This document shows positions 49,635 to 63,104 of a DNA stretch of 64,000 bases, one piece after another. The DNA lies in the NCBI GenBank assembly GCA_030390025.1, contig CM059432.1, forward strand, positions 48,052,001 to 48,116,000, given 5' to 3'. The DNA is from Squalus acanthias (lineage: Eukaryota). The notes under the pieces were generated by a model, which worked only from the letters and a program-made list of their open reading frames with translations, had not been told where the DNA came from and searched no databases. Position numbers and translations under genes: made by a program. Each line of letters opens with the position of its first letter. Positions within the stretch are counted from its first letter, which is position 1.

Positions 49635-51099
49635 CATATCTCATTTAGCCATGGCATCTGCATCGATGTATGTCTGCTGTGTTATACTCAGAGTATTACC
49701 TTCTGATGGTGCAAGTGTCAATTGTGACTCGAACCAACTATTTTTATTTTAATACTTAAATATTGTATGTACAAAAAACTAATACAGAATTAATTATTTT
49801 AGCTTCAAATGCTGTATCACATTACATTTTAAAATGCACTACAAAAAGTCAAAAATCCAAATTTCCTGGGGGCCATACCTTCTAGGAAATAGATTTTGCA
49901 CAAAGTTTACTTTCTCACAGCACGTCTATGTCCTCACCTGACCATTTTAGTCTACGCTCTATTGATACCCGCAAAGAGGAAAACACTTCTCTGATATTAC
50001 TGTAAATGAAGGATGTAGCCTCCAGAGTCACGCCTGTCAGCTGCCACACATCCTTCGATACTGACCTCCGAGCCTCCACATAGGTTTGAATATCTTTTTG
50101 TTCAGTCATCCTATGTCCCCAGGGACACTAAACGTTCCTTTCCTTCTCCTATTCTAGTGGTTCTCCTAGGTGCATCCTGAGGGCCAGTATCACTAGTGGC
50201 AGTTGGCTACTCTTGTGATGCAAAAGTCTCATGAGATCTGCTGGGTTCTACAAATCTGAGGACAGCTTTCTCCACAACCTTTACTGGGAAACTGTCACAT
50301 CCGCACCCTCTCCCACCTCCTCTGGTTCCCTTGTGCTCTGTGAATTACATAGATGCCACATCCTCACTTACAATATCTAATTGCCCCAGGGTGACAGTAC
50401 CTTAGCTGATGCCTGGGAGGGAGTAAACAAATGATATAGAGGGTGACTTCAAGAGGATTAGGACACAGGACTGTGTGGCCTCATCATCATTCTCCCTCTG
50501 CTTGTTCCTTCATTTGAAGATATTCTTTAAGAGTAACTCAAAATCTCACATGAGCTATTACAGCCACCTGACAGTCAACTCAGTCAAGCAAAAAGTTTGC
50601 TACTTATCTGCTGTTTCCCAGCCTCCTGCTCAATATTTTAGTCATACTGCTTTTTAAAAGGCTCCACCTTTCCTCTCTTCACGAAGTATTCCTTTGTTAC
50701 ACAGGAGTTGCACTCAGCCAACATCGATGGGTATGTAAATAAATGTAATTTATGGCAGGGTCAATGCTGGAGTGAATTGGTGGGTGGAAGTCCTAGCTTA
50801 ACAGCACAACATCAGGTGAAATGGCCATGTGGAATTTTGGGGCCAATCTTCTTGCCAAAACTTGCCAGCTGCTTTTACCAGCTGGTATTAATGGCAGATT
50901 TATCAGTTGCATTGGAAAGGGAAGGCACAATGGAAGTCATTTTCTGTGTAAACACGGGGACAAGAGAGATTCCCTGCCATCATGTATACTCAAATATGTG
51001 CAGAGAACACGAAGAAGATGTTGTCAGGGCTGTTAATGCAATGGGCACATTTTCAAGTTAAGAGAAGGTCTCCTGTATGAGGATAAAGAAATTTATCTT

Positions 51100-51880
51100 G
51101 CAGTCAACAAAGATTTGTCTTCTGTTGCTAATTCATGCAGCTCCAGTTCTGCTGGTGTCCTGGGATACCACAGAGATGTCATAAGCTATGGCTGCAGAGG
51201 GTATCCTTGATCCGCTGAAACTTGCTTTTCAGATCATGATCAAATATTAATTCGAATGTGGATGGCCTTAAAATGAAGGCAACGTGACAGCTGCAAGGAA
51301 GAAAGTAATCACTTGCATAATAGTGTTTTCAAAACAGCTAAAAAAACAGAACGTGGAATCCTTTCCAATTGCTGTAGACAGTGACATTATGTGAGGGAGC
51401 ACCCAGGGACACTTGGGTGCAATCTATAACCTCCTATGCCTTTTAGGAAGCGCTCCCACAATGCTTCAGGTATCCATAGAGAAGGAGATAAACTGCATGG
51501 CTTGAGAAAATAATGCATCTCTGACTATGTTTATGCATGACTGATTGATTCATATGTGCGATGTCCCCAGAGACAACATGAAATGACCTTGATGCATAAA
51601 AGGTCTGTGCAATTAACTTTTACAGCAGCAAGAGGTGCTATGCCTGGGGTGGAATTTGGCTGCTTGCAACACGTACCTCACTCCTTCATGGCTTCCCTGA
51701 TTAATCAAACTGCAGGCACTGCTCTTTGGACTTGTGGAGGTAGGTGTGTCTCTGCCTGCATTCTCTGGAGTGGGTGCACAGCTCATGAGGTTCAGCCTTA
51801 CCTGCCTGGCATCTCTCTGTTGTTCCACCTTTTCCTCTTCCAAACAGCAGTGAGGAATTCCCAGTGGAAACCCCATTGTT
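51100..51880 (-). mobile_element. Decayed Harbinger (HARBI1-like) transposase
   Basis: DQGYPLQP*LMT..RTPAE at about 51150-51215 and CINIVRDALFSQA at about 51500-51540. Confidence 0.6.
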
Positions 51881-52449
51881 GCATTATGGCAAACCGTACA
51901 GAAAAAGGCAGCACCACAAAAAATGTCAAAAGGGCTCTTTAAAGATTTCAGTGACAACAGGAAAGAAAAGAGAAAAGCTTCAGCAGAGGCCAGACAATGT
52001 AGCAATCTTACTATCGGTATCATTAAACTGATTTCTGAATGGAGCGCAGTACCCAGCAACCCTTAATGCCCAGTTTATATGAGAGACTAAAGGAAACAGT
52101 TTTAAATGGGTGGAAATGGCAAGAACTCAGAAGAAGTATGTTGTGATATCACTAAGCATTCATTCATGCATCCACCCACAAACTGGCAGATCTTTTCTGG
52201 AGCCAGCATAAGTCCAATCAGAACATCGGATCGGGTGAAATGGGTGGAGATCCAATCAATCTCTGCTTGATTTTCTGATCTGACGAACTCAATTGGAAAA
52301 GTTACCCTATTGAGTTCCCAACCTCAGCTGGGAGGCAGAAGGTGATCAAGAGGGAGGGAAAAATCAGATGGTAAATTAACAATGGCCTGGATTTTGCGGT
52401 AAAAATAATGGTGAAGCTAACAGCATTAAAGTTATTAAAGAGTAAATTG

Positions 52450-53475
52450 GAATCATAGAATGGTTACAGCACAGAAGGAGGCCATTTGGCCCGTCGAGCC
52501 CGTGCGGGCTCTCTGCAAGAGCACTTCAGCTAGTCCCACTCCCCCGCCCCTTCCCCGTAGCCCTGCAAATCTTTTTCCTTCAGGTACTTATCCAATTCCC
52601 TTTTGAAAGCCACACTTGAATCTGCCTCCTCCACCCTTTCAGGCAGTGCATTCCAGATCACAACCACTCGCTGCATAAAAATTTTTTTCCTCATGTCGCC
52701 TCTCTGTTACCTCATCAAAAACTTGATCAAGTTAGTTAATCACGATTTGCCTTTAACAAATCCATGCTGGCTTTCCTTAATTAATCCACACTTGTCCAAG
52801 TGACTGTTAACTTTGTCCCTGATTATTGTTTCCAAAAGCTTCCCCAGTACCGAGGTAAAACTAACTGGCCTGTAGTTGCTGGGTGTATCCTTACACCCTT
52901 TTTTGAACAAGGGTGTAACATTTGCAATTTTATCTACTCTGTCCAGACACCTCATGATTTTGAATACCTCTATCAAATCTCCTCTCAACCTTCTCTGCTC
53001 TAAGGAGAACAACCCCAGCCTCTCCAGTCTATCCACGTAACTGAAGTCCCTCATCTCTGGAATCATCCTCGTAAATCGTTTCTGCACCCTCTTTAAGGCC
53101 TTCACATCCTTCCTAAAGTGCAGTGCCCAGAATTGGACACAATACTCCAGTTGAGGCCGAACCAGTGTTTTATACAGGTTCATCATAACTTCCTTGATTT
53201 TGCACTCGATGTCTCTATTTATGAAGCCCACTATCCCGTACACTTTTTTAACCACTGTCTCAACCTGCCCTGCCACCTTCAACGATTTGTGCACATGCTG
53301 GCTTTCCTTAATTAATCCACACTTGTCCAAGTGACTGTTGACTTTGTCCCTGATTATTGTTTCCAAAAGCTTCCCCACTATCGAGATTAAACTGACTGGC
53401 CTGTAGTTGCTGGGTGTATCCTTACATCCTTTTTTAAACAAGGGTGTAACATTTGCAATTCTCCAGTCCTCTGGC
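52450..53475 (-). mobile_element. Rearranged CR1 fragment with an internal duplication
   Basis: ORF 52740-53498 contains IANVTPLFKKGCKDTPSNYRPVS twice; CR1 tail at 52450. Confidence 0.9.
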
Positions 53476-53780
53476 AGCAACTTCCGGCGACTGCACATGC
53501 GCAGTTAAGCGCAGAAATCAGGAAGTTGCTGTCCAAGTTGCCCTGCTCCTCCGAAGCTTCACTATATCTGACCGAGAGACTCAGCATTGAAACATATGGA
53601 ATGCGTGAAGTTGCTGTACTTACGTGATAGATAACCACTAAACATGCCAGAAAAAGTTACAGTTCTTCCATTTTAGTGTAAGTAAATTTTTAACAGCGTG
53701 ATAAGTTTTAATTACTGCCAAACAATCTCTCTGGCACTGGAAATTAACTTTTACAAGTGTGGAGTCTCATTCCTTCAGAT

Positions 53781-55233
53781 TTTCCAGTACAGCTACAACA
53801 CTGGCATCTATCCGACAATGTGGAAAATTGCCCAGGTATGTCCTTCCACAAAAATCAGGACACATCCAATCCAGCCAATTACCACCCCATCAGTCCACTC
53901 TCAATCATCAGCAAAGTGATGGAAGGTGGCATCGACAGTGCTATCAAGCAGCACTTACTCACCAATAACCTGCTCACGGATGCCCAGTTTGGGTTCCACC
54001 AAGACCACTCGGCTCCCGATCTCATTACAGCCTTGGTCCAAACATAGACAAAGGAGCTGAATTCCAGAGATATGGTAAGAGTGACTGCCTTTGACATCAA
54101 GGCAGCATTTGACCAAGTGTGGCATCAAGGAGCCCTGGTAAAATTGAAGTCAATGGGGATCAGGGGGAAAATGCTTCACTGGCTAGAGTCATACCTAACA
54201 CAAAGGAAGATGGTTGTGGTTATTGGAGGCCAATCATCTCAGTCCCAGAACATTACTGCAGGAGTTCCTCAGGGCAGTGTTCTAGACTCAACCATGTTCA
54301 GCTGCTTCATAAGGTCAGAAGTGGAGATGTTCGCTGATGATTGCACAATGTTCAGTTCCATTCACAACTCCTCAGATAATGAAACAGTCCATGCCCACAT
54401 GCAACAAAACCTGGACAACATCCAGGCTTGGGCTGATAAGTGGCAAGTAATATTAGCACCATGCAAGTGCGAGGCAATGACCATCTTCAACAAGAGAGAG
54501 TCTAACCACTTCCCCTTGACATGCAATCGCAATACCTTCGTTGAATCCCCCACCATCAACTTCCTGGTGGGGGGGTCACCATTGACCAGAAACTTAACTG
54601 GACTAGTCACATAAATACTATGGCTACAAGAGCAGGTCAGAGGCTGGGTATTCTGGGGCAAGTAACTCACCTCCTGATTCCCTGAAGCCTTTCCACCATC
54701 TATAAGGCACAAGTCAGGAGTGTGATGAAATACTCTCCACTTGCCTGGATGGTTGCAGCTCCAACAACACTCAAGAAGCTTGACACCATCCAGGACAAAG
54801 CAGCCCGCTTGATTGGCACCTCATCTATCACCTTAAAATATTCACTCCTCCCACCACTGGCGCACTGTGGCTCCAGTGTGTACCATCTACAAGATGCACT
54901 GCAGCAACTTGCCAAGGCTTCTTCGGCAGCACCTCCCAATCCCATGACCTCAACCACCTAGAAGGACAAGGGCAGCAGGTGCACGGGAACATCACCACGA
55001 ACAAGTTCCCTTCTAAGTCACACATCATCTTGACTTGGAAATATATCGCTGTTCCTTCATCATCGCTGGGTCAAAAACCTGGAACTCCCTCCCTAACAGT
55101 ACCATCACCACATAGACTGCAGCGGTTCAAGAAGGTGGTTCACCACCATCTTCTAAAGGGCAAATAGGGATGGGCATTAAATGCTGGCATTACCAGCGGC
55201 ACCCACATCCCGTGAATGAATAATTTTAAAAAA
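53781..55233 (+). mobile_element. CR1-group LINE family A
   Basis: DIKAAFD, PQGSVL, FADD; shared tail. Confidence 0.9.
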
Positions 55234-56769
55234 TGTTAATTATTGTTGGTGATTTTTTATAAATTAACTACTGTTCCCTTCTGTCTCTTTTATCTCCCTC
55301 TCTTAATCCCATATTCCTTTTCCTCTCTTTATTTCACTTTCTGTGCATGATTTGGTATTGAATTAAATGTTCTAACTGTCACTTCCTGGTTTTGGCCTTG
55401 CTGCCCATTAAGAATTCTTCAATCTGATTGGTTAAGGAGATACACAGTTGCTTGCCCTGTTCACACAGGTCCCAGATCCCCTGTAGAGGGCGCCGCGCTG
55501 AAATGGATTTCTAATTCCTGCAAGTTCCAGTGCAAAAGCCCATAGAAACTCTGTGGGCAAGTGTAAGTGTAATGAATGGCTGGTGCCGTTCGTTCGCGGC
55601 TGACCACAAAATCCGGGCCATTAACTCTTCTTAGTTGCTTTTTATTTGGCAGAGTGTCACAAAAAGCTGGTGGAGGCCTGTGAGTAAAATGGCTGCTGGA
55701 ATTCTGTGTGACACAACTGAGAGAAAATAATTTTCAAATGAAGTAATAGTTAAATAAATATGGCTTTTTTTTTATTTATCCTTCCTTATATTTAATCCAG
55801 CTTGTGGAACTTGTTTGTTGTTGTGTCTTGTTGTTTGTCATTATTGGGCTCCACAAACGCTCCAGTGCATACTTCTCATTAGCTGGTATAAAAATAACTT
55901 GGAACTGCTCTTGTGGTTTTTTTTCAATACTATGGAGAAATGTCACAGAGTTGCACTGAGTTTATTTAATCTTTAGTCTGCACCTGTATATGTGGCTGCC
56001 AGCTGGATTTCCACTGTGCTCTACAGGTCCAAAGCAAATTACATTCTACTGTACCTTTTAGCAAGTTACATTTTGAAACCTACATATACCTTCAGGGAGC
56101 TTCCCAATTATGACACGATAAACAGTTCTTTCTCTTCCTATTGTAATACTCAGCACGTCTATGACCTTTTCTAAAAGGACTGATCCAGAAAAGCAACAAA
56201 AAAGGACAAGTTTTTTGGGTCACATGGCCTTTTACTGTTCCTAAAATGTCTTAAAACTTAACATATAAAGCAATCCTTCCATGCAATACATTAAATAAAG
56301 TTTTGTTATAGTAGTTATTGTTTAAAAATATATTTTTCTAATAGCTCACGAAAAGCGAATAAGCGCTTATATTTATGCATGAAAATCTTGTGTACATGCC
56401 AGCACAGGTGTGCTACAGCTGTACTTAGCTGCCCCATTACTGCTTCATCTTGTTGCTTCTATCATCAGCTTATTATCATATCTGCAAATGTACCTAGCTC
56501 AGGGTCAGCCCTGGGCGCCATAGAACTGGAAAATACACCCATCTCATTCAAGTTTATTTTATTACTGATATTATTATTACACGGAATTACATAGAAAAAC
56601 TTGTACACTGAACTGCTAATTATGACGAGAATATCAAAAACTTTTAAGTCATCATATCCGAAGGTGCAAATTAAAATGGAAAATTGGTAGGCTTCATATA
56701 GCTGCAAACAAAGTTAAATCCAATGCAGCCTACGAAACTAAAAAAGAACTTCAGTTCTATTTCTTGCTG

Positions 56770-59200
56770 CTATTTAGCCAGTTGCTTAGACAGACCAGTT
56801 TGTTTACATTCTTCGAAGATAACGCTTCTTGCTTCTTATTTACAATTTGACCCGAAAGTGAGAAAAGTCGTTCACATGGCACCGTTGTCGCCGGCTTACT
56901 AAGTATTTACGTGCCAGCTTTGCTAGGCTTTCACAGACCACTAACATGCTATGACCACCATCCAGAGGACAATCCTTCATGCTGATAACTGGTTCTGCTT
57001 TAGAACGATCCACAGCAGTGTTGGTCCTCTGAATCAGATGCCACTAAGATAAGGTTAATTTTCTTTTTTTGTGGTTCAGCTTCTGTAGTTAGCATGCCAG
57101 GCTCCTTGCCTTGTGACACTTCTGACACCAGTAAGGTAAAATTAACTTCCACATTCCTCGGATTTTGGAAGGCACTTCAAATTATTAAACCTTGGATCAA
57201 ACACTGTCGCCATCTTTAGCCGTGTGAGATTGGTGCTTTCTTTGCATTTGGTTAAGTCCGCAGTGAAAGAGTTCTTAAACCGAACAACATATGCCAGGTC
57301 ATCATCTGAGGCAGGCATAACATAAAATAAATGGCACAATGCGGGTAAAACCACGGAGCAGGACACATACATTGTTTCCCCAAGGTGCTCAGTCACATAC
57401 CTACAGGGTTGTAGTAGGGCTTCCAACTCTTGAAGTTTGTCATGTTCAGCAGACATGGGCACTACTAGATTGTGCTACTGAATAGCTAACGTAGCAGTGA
57501 TACAGAATCATTGGCCTATCTGCAATGTGGAGTTCCATCTAGTTGAAACATCTTGTATAAGAGATTCTTGTTTTTGTCCATTTGCGGCCCGTTGTATTTC
57601 AAGTTCTGCACTATTAGCTGGACTATGTTTGAAATGGCCCACAAATTTTCTACATCTTGACAGCATGTTTTCAAATCGGGCATCATGAACCGTTACTGTG
57701 ATCGATCACTGTAGAGTGTGAACAATACATAGGGCTGGATTTTCATTGACCCGTGGAGGTGGGTTTGGAGGCGTGTGGGGGGTTAAAATTGCGAAAACTG
57801 GCGGGCGGGCACAAGCCCGCCTCCATCCTGCCTCCACGCAATTTTCATTAAATCGTGTCTGCTGGTCCTGACTCTGTCCCGCCTCTAAGAGGCGGGATAG
57901 GCTAGTAAGGCCCTTAACAAGCACTAAATTGCCTCTATAATGCCATTTTGAAAGGCCTTTGTGATTTTTACCCTTTTTCTACGTGAAGCACGCCTGTTCT
58001 GAACCACGAATGTGAAACCTGGCGGGAGCACATTTGGATAGCTGACTATCGCTGGCTGCTGGCTGATCTGGGAGTGGTGGTGAATGGGAGACATATCTGG
58101 GAGTGGTGGTGGATGGGAGACATATCTGGGAGCAGACTTAGGGCTGCTGCTGCTCATTTTGCATCCAGGTCCTCTCACAGCAAAGGCCAGGCAGTCTTTG
58201 CAGACCTTCAATGCAGCAGCAATGATGACATCATCAGAGGCAACTTTCAGACTGAAAACACTAATTGGGTCATGGGTTCCCACATGCTGGAACTCAATTA
58301 CCCAATTAGGTGAAAATCGCATCAATCTCCCACATCCAATTGCAGTCGGGTGGATAACACGAAAAGTGGATAACACGACCCCAACCCGCCCCAGTATCAA
58401 AATCCAGCCCATAGTGTGTGTTCAAATGGCAAAAGATTGACTGCTGCTACCATTTTGCGTGTCAATACCAATTGTTGTTACCCTGCCTTGTACATCCCAT
58501 TCTTTCACAACATCCAAGAAACGCTTGCACATGTTTCAACATAGTGTCTCTCTTCGGTATGCTTTATTGTTAGTGCAAAAGACTGTAGTGTCCAAGCAGC
58601 ATAAATCAGATGTGCGGTGATTCCAAGATAGCTGTGATTGCTCACTGATGTCCTGTAATCACTGGTCAAACCAACATCTGCTGCGTTCTTCAGTAGCATC
58701 AATGTTGTAGTCTTTCCATTATTATATGGATTGTCAACTTGTGATATGATGGTTCCTCTGGAAAGCAAGGTGTACGACTAATTGGAAGATGTTATTTGAA
58801 TAACATCTCTTAATCCTGTATCGCTTACAATGCTTATGGGTTTGCAGTTGATAGCTAACCACTTTGCAGTAGAATTGGTTAAATTATTGTACGTACTTTG
58901 ACTCATGGGCTTGCAGCGATCCTGAATTTCTAAAAGAGTACTCTGTTGAAACTGACAGCTTTCATTTGTTGTTGTATTGTTGTCACCTGCAGCAGAAGAA
59001 CTGCTAGAATGATTATGTTGAGAAGTGAAGGGATGTTGAGCACGCAGGTGGTACAGTGGACTTCTGTGATACTGGAATTTAGTTTGACAGTAGATACATG
59101 TAATTGTCTTTCTATCCAATAAACTGTCAGAAAGTTTTTAAATTTATGATTGCACCCTGACTGACAGTTTTGTTTATTTAAATTTCCCATTCACAGGTCC
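56770..59200 (-). pseudogene. hAT transposase relic (ZBED1/Tramp-like), interrupted by a MITE
   Basis: BED finger CIYC..YH..YHLRAQH; LTSD.RTS..NHSYLGITAH; TRWNST; DPRF; VPCERLFSLSGQIVNKK..LSS.NVNKLVCLSNWL. Confidence 0.9.
57732..58410. mobile_element. Harbinger-type MITE inside the hAT relic
   Basis: TIR GGGCTGGATTTT / AAAATCCAGCCC; 3-bp TSD ATA/ATA. Confidence 0.85.
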
Positions 59201-60224
59201 TTCACTTTTAGTGCTTTGCTCCATAATGCTTTAGTTTACCTTCATCATTTTTTTCATTCGATTGTTTACTGGTCAACGTTAACCACTATTCGTTTTTTTA
59301 TTTGCTTGACAGCCCTATTTTCTGCTTTTATTTTTAGCTCTGTTCCATTTTTTTAAAGATGGTTCCCTGTCCCATCCAACCCAACCTGGTGTCTTTCTGT
59401 TTGACCATCTTATCAGAATGATACCCGCCTGGCCACCCGTCATCAAGTGGCAAGCATTATTGCACCCTGACTGACTGCCTCCTTTTATTTCTTTCTTATC
59501 CCCTGTTCCTACACTTCCTGTCACTGGGGGTTAGATGGCTGGGAAGCAGTAGTAACAAGAGCAGCCACTAGAGGATTCATATGAAAATGACAGGCAGGGA
59601 ACGACCAGTTGGTCAATCAAGCCTCACATTCATGATGTCATGATGCATCATGACTAGACTCCCCCATGCCACCCCACTCCCCAGCATACCGCCCCCCCTC
59701 CCCCACCCCGCAGCCATATAATTTCCTGGGAGAGAGGCAAAGAAAAATAAAGTTAGGGCCCAAAAAGGGGGGGGGAAATTCTGGAATACTCCTCTCCAGC
59801 CTCCTCAGCCAATCAAAACCAGTGCAGGAGACCACATTGACTATGTTTATGTTAACTGTTAAGTCACTTACCTTTTATAAGTTGCAATCTCTGCCCCAGC
59901 TAAGAACTGGTCCAGCTGATCCTGATGCCTGCCTCTTTAAGCTGCTGTAGACCTTTCCTGTCTCCAATGGGAGAGCTGCCAGAGACATCTTTGATGCACT
60001 GGAGCTCACTCAAAATGTTAAAGAGGTTGACCCTCAAAAGCCTCCTCAAAACCTGCCTCTTTGACCACACCTTTGGTCACTCTCTTAACCATCTTGGTGT
60101 CCATTAAGCATTACTCATCTGAAGCACCTGGTAAAATGTTACTGCGTTAGAGGTGCAATGTAAGTATAGCCTAATGTTGCACTAAATGTAAAAAGGTTAT
60201 TGTTTCTCACTCATGGGTTATGAT

Positions 60225-60570
60225 ACTTCTTTTCCACCCATTTCCATTGTCAGATTCACTCCCCTCCTCTCCTGTCTCTTTGCTGGAGTATAGTTCCATT
60301 ATTCATATGTGAGGCTTGACAATGAGTGTGGGCAAGCTATACCTTGGAGGCATCACAACAAAGTCCAGTCCTGTCTGCATCTAACAACCACTTATGCACA
60401 CTTCTGCTGGACAACAATTAAGAACGGTTGATTTTCTCCTTCTAACTTGGGAGCACTTGAGGCCAACTGCTGCACCCCTACCACCACCCTTAGCTAAAGT
60501 CAGCTAAATCTGCACAGGCTAGGTAGAGCAGACCTGGGACCTTCCTGGTCTGTAACTAAGTTACCTGCAG
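60225..60570 (-). mobile_element. Ancient SINE-like repeat (related pieces at about 37655-37935 and 41060-41260)
   Basis: Shared degenerate body (ATATGTGAG..GACA.TGAGTG, GCATCACA, GAGGCCAA) and a tRNA-head-like end. Confidence 0.45.
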
Positions 60571-61139
60571 CCTTGATGCCAAAACAAGATATCACACTTC
60601 TTGAGTCTGGATCTAAATATACTAAGCAGCAATGTAATTATATTTAGGTAGGTGTAAACATCTTGGCGCCAGTCTGCCAAATTACACATGCAACGACCTT
60701 ATGCTGATTCATTTCATCAAACTAAATCTGGCTTGTATATGAAACTGGCTGAGGAGCAAATGTTATTTGTCGGGAATTGGAGTTTCTCACCTCTTGCAAC
60801 CAATAATTGATCTATACTTGTTCTGAAAATTTGCACTTGTTAAATTTCCTGCTGCTTCCAGTTCTAAATAAAACTTCCCATCTGTCAGGCAGGTAATTGA
60901 ACACCTCTCACTACTTTAACTAACTTGGGGCACACCTCTGCATGCACCTTGGAGATTGTGGATTTATTTCTGGTCATTCTGATCCAAATACTAAGCATAA
61001 TATGAGTCTAGAATGTGGATGGTGTTGCTCCCGTTTTATAGGTGTATATGCAAATTGGGGGCCTAACATCTGTTTCAGGCCCCTTTGTGAAATTGGACTG
61101 CGAATGACCGCAGCCTGCGTCTTGCGTCTTGCAATCTGT

Positions 61140-61520
61140 TTTTCCTCATAACTCAGACCTCTGATGTTGAGGATCAGCCATGTGGCTCTTCGCTGCACTG
61201 CCTCCAGCACTTGAATGTCTCTCTTGTTTCTTGGCGGTTATAACTGGACACTGTACTCAAGGTGCGGTTTGACCAGATCACTCTACAGTTTGATCATTAT
61301 CGCCTCTGACATCTATTCTACCACCTTGCCTATGTAGTTCAACATCCTATTAGCTTTGTTGATTGCTGCTTTGCATTGGTTAAACATACTCAGTGTTGAG
61401 TCTACTAAAACCCCTAGGTCTCTTTCAGTTTCATCTTTAGCTATTTCAACACTAAGTATGCGTGTCATCAATTTTTTCTTCCTATGTGTAGTACTTTACA
61501 CTTGTCTGCATTAAATTTTA
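61140..61520 (-). mobile_element. Old CR1 RT fragment
   Basis: LEAVQRRAT.LI..IRGLSYEE; ERDLGVLVD remnants. Confidence 0.8.
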
Positions 61521-62488
61521 CCTTTTACTTTAATATTTTCACTCTTTTTTAGTTCTCGCAGCTGACTGAGATTGGGTGAACGCGTTGAGTTGGTGATGCC
61601 TGCACTAGGGAATGCCAGCTGTGGCATTCAGAATAGCTGGTTGACGTGACTAAAGATTAAAATGTGGGGCACTGAAATGTTGGCCGATCATCGATTCAAA
61701 GAACACAATAGAACTGAGCCATCCAACTGACTGTATGTGCCCTTCTCCAGCTCGGTGATCCCCCCAGTCTCGCAGTATTTCAGTCAGCTGTGACACTCAG
61801 CTGTTCTATGGTGAACAGATCTCAGTCTTGGTAAGTGTTTGTGCTATTTCAAGTTTGTTTGGGCAATGGTAGATAGCCGAGTCTCACAGCCGATTGAAAT
61901 GTCACCAAGTTAGGCCGGGGACATCACTAAGTCAGAGGACATGCAGTCAGTTGGGATTGTTGCTGCATTTCTAGGTCAATGAAAAATGATAATTGAAGCT
62001 GAAAACTGACCGAGCTGGAAAACAAGAAAACTCTTCGAAGAAGTGGCTGATTTGGAAGAGGCAGAATTTACTTCATTAGAAAGAAAGCAAATTCAGAGAG
62101 TAAGACTTTAAGGAATCTATTTAATCCCGTCCCCAATAAAAGATTTATTTTGCCTCAGGTCATATGAGGTAATACATTTCTGTTGCTCTCTGAGAACTTC
62201 TCATTGACAGTCAAAGTAGTTGCTGTTATTTATTATCTCGCATCAGTTTTTCACATAAATATCATATAGTATCTCTTCAAGATCAAGCTCAAAATGAGCT
62301 TAACTCAGATATGGAATTACTATTTAGTTGTTAGGTGGTGCATCATCAAACACTACATTAGCGAGTTGACTCTGTGACCTAGAAAGAACCAAGGTTTGGT
62401 TGTAGGTTAGTGAATAGGTTGAACACTTAAAATTCAGCCCTGTCTAGAGAGTTTCTGAAAACAGGAACTCAATTCACTGTTACTAATA

Positions 62489-62884
62489 TGGTAGCACAGT
62501 GGTTATGTTACTGGACTAGTAAAATAGGCACCTGTACTAATAATCCAGAGATATAAGTTCATAATCCCACCATGGCAGTGGGGGAATTTACTATTCAATT
62601 AATTAAATAAAAAGCTAGTATCAGTAATGGTGACCATGAAACTACCAATTGTTGTTAAAAACCCACCTGGTTCACTAATGTCCTTTAGGGAAGGAAATCT
62701 GCCATCTTTACCTGGTTTGGCCTATATATGACTCCAGACCCATATCAATATGGTTGGCTCTGAAATGGCCTAGCAAGTCACTCCATTGTATTTAAGAAGG
62801 CAGCTTCTCAAGGGCTATTAGAGATAAGCAATAAATGCTGACCTTACCAGCAATGCCCACATCCTGTGAAACAATTTAAAAAAA
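62489..62884 (+). mobile_element. tRNA-derived SINE sharing its 3' tail with LINE family A
   Basis: A box TAGCACAGTGG (62492), B box GTTCA(T)AATCCC (62557); tail TTCTCAAGGGC..AATAAATGCTG.CCTT.CCAGC..CCCACATCC matches family A. Confidence 0.85.
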
Positions 62885-63104
62885 TCTAATTTACCTATTT
62901 ATTGCAGTCTTTAATTGAGACATTGCATGCTTTGAGTGAAAATAAATGTCTATGGTTTTAATTATACTACAGAATAAATAACTTAAGCCAAGTTTAAATA
63001 ACTATTTGGAATTACGTAGCACAATGACAGCTTTACGTTTTGCTCTGTTACATCACTGTAGTTCACTGATTTCTAAGTTAACATACACAAGCTGTAGAGA
63101 TAGT

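Larger units (their letters stand above)
52384..55619. mobile_element. Harbinger-type non-autonomous element carrying two nested LINEs
   Basis: TIR GGCCTGGATTTTGCGGT / ACCACAAAATCCGGGCC; flanks AAT/ATT. Confidence 0.75.

Noticed and set aside
62489..62575. tRNA gene
   Set aside because: A and B boxes are present, but there is no cloverleaf and the sequence continues into a SINE body and LINE tail
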